Translations under genes and position numbers: made by a program | Notes under the pieces: generated by a model | Told to the model about the DNA's origin: nothing | The model's database searches: none | Seen by the model: the letters and a program-made list of their open reading frames with translations, nothing else | Shown: piece after piece, positions 57,161 through 64,000 of the stretch | Layout of the letters: each line of letters begins with the position of its first letter | Position numbering within the stretch: position 1 is the stretch's first letter | NCBI GenBank assembly: GCA_013265495.1 | Contig: MU058233.1 | Coordinates: 469,038-533,037, forward strand | From: Vicugna vicugna | Taxonomy: Eukaryota | Direction of reading: 5' to 3' | DNA: 64,000 bases

Positions 57161-60100
57161 GTGCCCCTTACCGCCTATGCGTGTCTACAGTTGGGGTATC
57201 AGGCCCAAAAGGGTCATGCTAGGCCTCGCCTCTCCCAGACAGGACCCCCCCACGCCTGTGCTAAGTGATGTGGGACGTCTGTCATCTGACCTGGTTTATA
57301 GACCGTACTTAAAGGGGGTTAATTTGCCAAGGTTTATCCCCAGCAAATCCCCAATTATTGCTCATCCTCCCCCACTTCTGTCCCGAAAGCTCAGTGCGGC
57401 CTCCCAGCACGCCATCAGATGTTCATTAGTGCCATCAAATTAGTTAGGAAGTCATTTTCTTCATTTGGCGGCTTGTGACCAAGGACGTGTGGATTCCTCT
57501 CCCCTGCGGCAGGGGACTTGGGAGTTTTCGCTACTAAAAAGCAATGAGGATCTACTGAGGCAGAGAGGCCCGCCCTGCCCCAGTGTGTGGAGTGTTCTGG
57601 AAGGGGGCCTGTGCCCACCGCAGGCACCCCTGTCAGGAGGGGCCTCTGCTCGGGGCCGTACTCTGAGCTGAGACTCAGGGCCGGGTGGGCCACTGACTCC
57701 AGACACGCCCCAGCGCCCCCTCGGCCCTCTCCCACCCAGCACCAGCCTCCACAGGTCCCCGGTCACCGTGGGCAGGAAGATCGGGCCTTCCCTCCGTCTT
57801 ACCGCGCCCTGAGCCCACAGCACTGGCGCCCACTTGGCCGCAGGCCTGCAAGTGCCTCTCCCACCCCGCCGCTTGTTGGCTCACCTTTCCCATCCCTTGG
57901 GGACAGCGCTCGCCCGCGCATCAGGGCACATTTCGTAGTCCCTCCTCCCCTCAGCAGCATCTACTGAGCGTCCCCTGCACCCGTCAGCAGTGCTGGGAAG
58001 GGGCCAACCAGCCAGCTTCCCGGCCCCGGGGCTCCTGATCTGGGGGAGAAGGTGCTGAACAAAGCAGCTAAGTGTGGTCCCCAGGGAGGTAGTGAGTGCT
58101 GGGGAGGGACGGGACGGGGAGGGGTAGGCAAGGGGTGGCCCGAAGCCTCCCAGCCTCCCCCGGACACAGGGAGCAGCTGTGCAAAGACCCTGAGGCGGGA
58201 AGGCCTGGGTGAGGCTCTGACTCTGGTTCCCAGCAGAGCAGTGGTGGGTTGGGAGGAAGCAGCAAGTGCCTGCACCCCAGGCCAGCAGCCTGGAGGCGGA
58301 GGTGTGCCTGTGAGAGAGCGGCCTCCAGACTCGGTGCGGAAGGGCACGGGCCGCCCACGGCCCACCTGCACCGGCAGGGCCCGCCTGCCAAACCTGCCAG
58401 GGCAGCCCCTCCCCCGTTACACACACGGCATAATTAGCTGATTGGCTTGATTGCCTCCAGGGGGTTTCTGTTAATCTCCCATCACCAACCGTGGCACCTC
58501 CTCTGGGTCTCTGGGGCCTCCACACCCCAGGCCCCTGGCCCAGGTGGGTGTCCTCAGATGCCATGCAGCCCAGCTGGTGCCCTGCCACAGGGCCATGGAG
58601 GAAGACTGCTGCAGCCTGTGGCTTGCCCCTGGCTGGGCCCTTCACTCAGAGCCCGGGCGGCAGGGCACAGTTAAAACTAGCAGCCGGCAGGGCCCCGACA
58701 GAGCGGGCCCAAGGCTGGCACTGTGTCGGTCCTTCAGTTGCTGAGAAAGTCTCGCAGGGCAGGTGGGGCGCGGGAGCTCACCGTGGAAATACCGCAACAT
58801 CTGGGGCCTCCGGGAGAGTCCAAGGCCAAGGCTGGGGTCAGGGAAGTCTCCTTTACTCCCTTGCCTGGGGCTTGCTCCCAGCGGGTGGCAGGTGACAGTC
58901 CAAGAGCGGGAGCCGAGAGTGGGCACCAGGAGCGGGCGGGAGCAGTGGCGTGGCTTCGTAAGTTCCCGGTCTCCTGGAGTCGGGGGGTGCTGTAGACAGC
59001 AGATGTCTGCCGAGCACCAGAGCCCCGCCGCAGACCAGGCTCTGCCTGGGTGCAGCAACAGGCCAGGCCAGCCTGCTCAGGTCCGCGTCCCATCCGCCCA
59101 GCACGCGCGATCTCCAGTCCGTGCAGCCCATGTGTGCCCGTGAATGTGCACCCCTTCCTCCTGGAAGGGTCGTCGGGCTCAATGCTCAGGTTTCTCCCCA
59201 AGGACACGCTCTGGCAGGAGGGGCGCAGCGCTGCCTTCTGGGAACCCCAGGTGTGGGCTCGGGAGGGCAGAGCAGGTGGCCCCCGGGGGATGGGGTGCCG
59301 AGCTCAGGGTACCCAGATGGTTTCCGTGTGAGCCGGGGATAGTCGTGTTTAGAAATGAGGTAATTGCTGGGGAGCTCAGCTCTAGGAAGCATCAGACAGC
59401 AGAAGGGCGGGTGGGCTGGCAGAGTTGCCTGGGGCCCCTGAGCCGTCCTGAGGCCTGCCTGCCCCACCACGCTCACCCTGGGGGCAGCACAGGCCCCCCC
59501 CCCACCCCAGACGGCAGAGCCCTCTGCTGCCCTGGCCGGTGTGGGCCTCTGCTGACCCGCACAGTGTGCGGCCCTGTAGCGCAGGCTCCGCCTTTACGAG
59601 GCAGGTTTATGACATCCATTACCCTGCTCCGTGGGCCACTTCCGAGCAGCCATAATTTGTACAAAAGCAATAAAAAACCCGTCAGCCTCTCCCTGGAGTC
59701 GGGGGAGCTGCATTCTCCTTCCACCTTTAAGCACAAGACAGTCCTTAAGCCGGCGGCTGGGAAGTGGCCACTGCTCAGGGGTCAGCAGAGACGGCGGGTG
59801 TGCGGTGGGCAGTGTCCTTACCTGTGATGCAGCCCCAGCCCAGGCCTGGCCTCCTGTCAGGGGATCCACCTGTCCTCCCGTTCTTCTGTCCAGCCAGCCT
59901 TCCCTCAGCTCACCTCTCAGGGTCCCTGGGGTGCAGCTGTGGCCCACATTTGAGCAGTTGGAGAACATGGAGGTCCTTCCCTGTGGGTTGGTAGAGAGCC
60001 GCTGTGCCCCCCGGCCCTGTCTTCAGCGTGTCTCCTGGATAGCCGGTGGGTAGGGAGTGGCCAGCACCACTTTGGGGGGACTCTGAACGCGGCACGTGGA

Positions 60101-63100
60101 CGCATCCGTGGTTGTTATTCCCAGGGGAGCAGACCTGATGTGGAGATTGACAGGGGTGAGGCTTGATTTTGTGGTCTGCGCCCTTAGAAGGAGGGCGGGA
60201 GGGGAGATTGCCCAGGACAGCTGGACCGTTCATCGTGGTCCTGGGTCAGTGGATGGGGCACCAGGAGAGGTGTGGCCTTGGGGGCCTCTGCTCCTGAGCT
60301 TCCTGTGGGCAGGCACCGCAGGGGCCACTGCCACAGCTGGTTCTTCCTAAAGGGGGTCTCGGCGCTGAATCAGGGGCACCCTCAGATAGAGCAGGGACTG
60401 AATAAGTGGTGAAGAAGAGGAGCAGGTGACCCGCACAATGCTGTAAATGTCGACGGTGCCGGCAGAGGGGTGCTGGGTGTGAGGGGCGCTGCCTGTGGTG
60501 GGGTGCGGAGTATGGGGGAGTGTACTAGACTTAGAGGGCTGCTGTCGGGGGAGGGGTTCCGGTATGAGGGAAGGAGTGCTCAAGGATTCTGGATTTTATT
60601 GGCATGAGCCATTCCGAGTGGAGCGGCATGCGTCTGACCACTTTCCTGGCCTGGGCAGTCGCATGGACGCATTGCTGTATCTGGCCAGCCTCTGCAGGCA
60701 GCTGAGTCCCTCACTCTGCTGTCCCACATGGAGGTCAGCCCAGCCAGGGTGGGTGTGCACCAGGCAGGCCAGGGCAGCCCAGGGAACAAGGGATGGGCAC
60801 CTTGGAGGGTCCTGGGGACCCACCCTCCTGGCCAGGAAACATCCCACCCCCACCCTTCTGTCCTGCCAGATGCTGGAGGGGAGGAGGCACCTTGTGCTCC
60901 CTGGGAGTTCCCATCCCAGCATCGTGGCCCTGAGCTTGTGTGTACTGGGGTGGGGAGGCCATCCGAGAGCCCCCACGGGTCACTGTCAAGCTGGGATGTC
61001 ACAGATCTGGACAGCTACTTGCCCCTAGGGCTTTGGGCATTGAGGAGTTAGCGCTTGACCCAGCAGGATGGCTTGGCCCTCCAGCGCAGTAAACACTCTG
61101 GCTCCTGGTTCTGCTGTATCAGGAACACTACCAGAGCTGCCTGCAAAGGTCACGTGTGGCCTCAGGTGCTGAGCAGGGGAGGGGTAGGGATGGCAGTGCC
61201 AGAGGCCACTAGCCCCCGCCTGCCTGGGGGCTGCACCGCAGTCCAAGTTTCTGCGAAGCCCTGCCAGGGGTGAGGGGCCGACTGGGCAGGGCCCAGCAGG
61301 GTCTCAGGTTGGGAGATGGAGAGGGGGAGCTGCCACCAGGCTGGGTGCCACCCGGTGCCTCAGTCTTCTCGTCTGTGAGAAGGTGGAGCCGCGGTACCCG
61401 CCGCAAAGGGCTGTGGGCAGAATAAACGGGCCCGCCAGGCACCTGCTGTTACTGCCAACTCCCTCGCTCTGCACTGTGGGGCGGGTCGCTGTCACCTGCC
61501 ACGTGTCTGCCTGTGGCATCACTGAGGGCTGTGGCCTCTGTGCCGCCCGTCCTGGGGCCCTGCTCCACTGGGCTGCAGCCGAGCAAGTCTCAGCGTCCCT
61601 GCCCTGGTTGGGGGCCAGTGGCAGAAAGCAGGTACGCCAGCGGCAGGTACTTCCAGACCGCGCTGGCTGCTGTGGTGGCACCTGGTGGCAGCCGTGGCGG
61701 GGGTCAGGTCAGCACCCCAGAAGAACAGCAGGGACGTCAGGCTGAGGGCAGACGCAAGGTGGGGTGCAGGTGCGCCGGGGCCCCAGGGGAGGAAGGGAGG
61801 GCCCTCCGGCTCCGGCCTCAGCGGGGCTTGTCCCAGCCACCCAAGCGCATCGGGCCCTTTGGCGCTCCTCGGTGGGCAGCCCCTTGGGAGCTGTGGGGAG
61901 TGGTCAGCAAGGCGGACTGGATGCTGGGAGGTGCTCTGCTCCAGCTTGGGGCCTGGAGCCCCAGGCTGGGTTTTCCGGGCCCCAGGGCAGGGTGATGTGG
62001 GTGTGTCCCCCCAACCCACGTGTCTTGTGCTGTCATCAAGCAAGGGTTGGATTTAGTGGCAGGAGAGCGTTCGCTCATGAAAAACCCTCCAGTCTCTGTG
62101 GCATTTTTCAACCGTCTTTAAACCTTCCCCACTCCCATTATTTTATTTCAAACTGGCAGCAACCTGGTGAAGAGGCACCAGCCACTGAGAGGCAGAAGCT
62201 GGGGTGCACACGGCAGCCCACTGACCAGAGAACATCCCCACCCAGCACATGCGGGGTGCGGCCTTCTGTGGGCCCCAGATTTGCGCCCCCTGGTCACTTT
62301 GCAGGGACTGCCAGGGAAGCCACTCCAGATGCCCTCTGGGGCCCCTGCCCTGCAAGCCCCTCTGGCTCCACGCGGAGCCCCTGGCTTCCACACAGGGTCC
62401 CTTTCCTCCCCTGCTCTCCACGTGGAAGGCTCCAGACACTCTAGATGCCACTGGCACCCCAGAGCTGTCTTGTCACACCCCGCTGCTCTGTGAGCTCAGC
62501 TCTGGGGGCTCTCCTGCCCACCATGGTGTGGCCGGGCTGCAGGCCACAGGCGCTCACCTGGCTCCTGGGAGGGAATGGGCTCAGCCTCTCCAGGGCAGCT
62601 TACGGCCCTCCATGGGGGCCTCTCGGTGGTGCAATAGGATGCTCGGGGCTCCTAGCGGGCAAAGAAGCCATGGGGCTGGCTTGGGTGCGGTCCTCCCCTG
62701 GGTACCTCTCCAGAGGGTGGCCTGCGGGGAAGGGAGTGTGAGGCCAAGCCTTGGACTGCATTGTCACTGTCAAGTGTCCCCTGGGCTGGGACCACACATG
62801 GTATGGACTCTGGGGGTCTTGTGGGGGCCACCACCGCCCCCTCACCTCTGCCGGGCCCTCCCCAGCCTCCTCCCTCTCCCCTCCAGACAGGGGACAGCTT
62901 CTGCCCCTGGACCCCTCTTCCCACCCATCTTGGCCTGCAGCCAGCACCTGGGGCAACTGCAGAGGGGTAGGGGTGGCAGGCCCACTCCCCTCCTGGCCCC
63001 TGCGGTCCCTCCAGTGAGGCCTCACCACGGCTTCCGGCCCCTGCTAGCCCCCAGGGCTTCCTCGCCCCTTACATCACCTGCGTGTCTAATTCCCTGCTGC

Positions 63101-63574
63101 TGGTTGAGGTCCCCAAGTGGGTCTGCCTTTCTGCCTGGACCCTGATCACAAGTTGGTCAGCCGCAGGCAGGCCCCAACCCCTCAGATTAGCCCAGAGCAA
63201 TGAGGCCCCCCCGAGGCCTTGACCTCCCTCACACCTTCAGGCATCGTGAGCCAAAGGCCTCACCATCCTGTCCCTGGAAGCTGGACACAGATGTTCTGGA
63301 CAAACCTGCAGGAGCCCTCAAGGCAGCAGCCAGATGTGCCTGGAGCCACAGCTGGAGGGGTGGTCAGCCCGGGGAGCAGGTGGATGACAGACTGGGCCAC
63401 TGGGAAGCTGACATTCAGTGCTGTGGAACCGGCGGGGCTTCTGGGGCACAGGAGGCTGGGAATTAACGTTAACTCTGTTCTGGTGAAGACTTTTTGTGTT
63501 GATAAATAATTCATAAGGCAGTTAGCGCTCCGAGTCTGACAACACGAGAATATATTAATACAGTCGACTCCACG

Positions 63575-63790
63575 AAAGGTCAGCCGCCGCGCGGCGCAGC
63601 GGGCGGGGCCGGGGACCGCCTTTTATGCGTTCTCTGACACGGGCTCGTTCGTCATTCCGGCCCAGCAAGGGCTGCGCCTGGAGAGCCGCTCATGAGGGAA
63701 AGGGGGCGCGGGGCGGCATAACACGTGGTCCGCGGGGCGGAGGGAGAGGGGGCCCGAGGTGAGGCCCCCGAGACCGGAGCAGAGGGTCCC
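63575..63790 (+). promoter_or_regulatory. CpG-rich intronic element, candidate internal promoter or enhancer
   Basis: Local CpG cluster with GC box GGGCGGGGCC (63601), AGGTCA (~63577), CACGTG (63722), strong donor-like GAG|GTGAGG (GT at 63759), and an AT-rich block just upstream. Confidence 0.45.
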
Positions 63791-64000
63791 CTGCCCCTGC
63801 AGCTTGCGTGGGGCCGGGGATGGGTGGGGAGAGTCGCACAGGGACCCCAGCACTGCTGGCCGTCCCCAGGCGTTGGTGGTGCCCTCACTGTGGTCCAGGT
63901 GCCACTCCAGGCCCCAAGGTCAGAGGATTCAAGAAAACCCAGAAGTCCCTGCTCTGGTGGGGGCCATGGAGGGAGGGGCAGATGGGAAAGAGAAGTCAGA

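Overview
GC-rich mammalian genomic DNA, very likely camelid (alpaca/camel) because it carries a tRNA-Ala-derived Vic-1-type SINE. The window holds the 5' half of FBRSL1 (fibrosin-like 1, AUTS2 family) on the + strand. A CpG-island promoter lies at ~21 kb. Coding exon 1 (21624-21902) is partly hidden by two N-gaps, followed by exon 2 (37254-37454), canonical exon 3 (52705-52809) and a 36-nt exon 4 (54882-54917); I found no convincing exon 5, so the remaining exons probably lie beyond the window. The most unusual element is in intron 2. A good phase-0 acceptor at 38322 opens a 443-codon frame built from ~30 degenerate 39-nt repeats (Pro/Gln/Arg/Cys-rich 13-mers), with a candidate poly(A) signal downstream. 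It looks like the alternative terminal exon of a short N-terminal FBRSL1 isoform (~600 aa). The first 20 kb are intergenic and full of old MaLR LTR, MIR and L2 fragments, plus an ERV solo LTR with intact 4-bp TSDs. Introns 3-4 contain several short AT-rich islands packed with homeodomain motifs, and a CpG-rich putative internal promoter near 63.6-63.8 kb. Almost all ORFs in the supplied track are GC-content artefacts. I see no prokaryote-type system (CRISPR, operon, IS). Gene identity rests on recalled human FBRSL1 sequence and repeat family names on recalled consensus motifs, not database searches.
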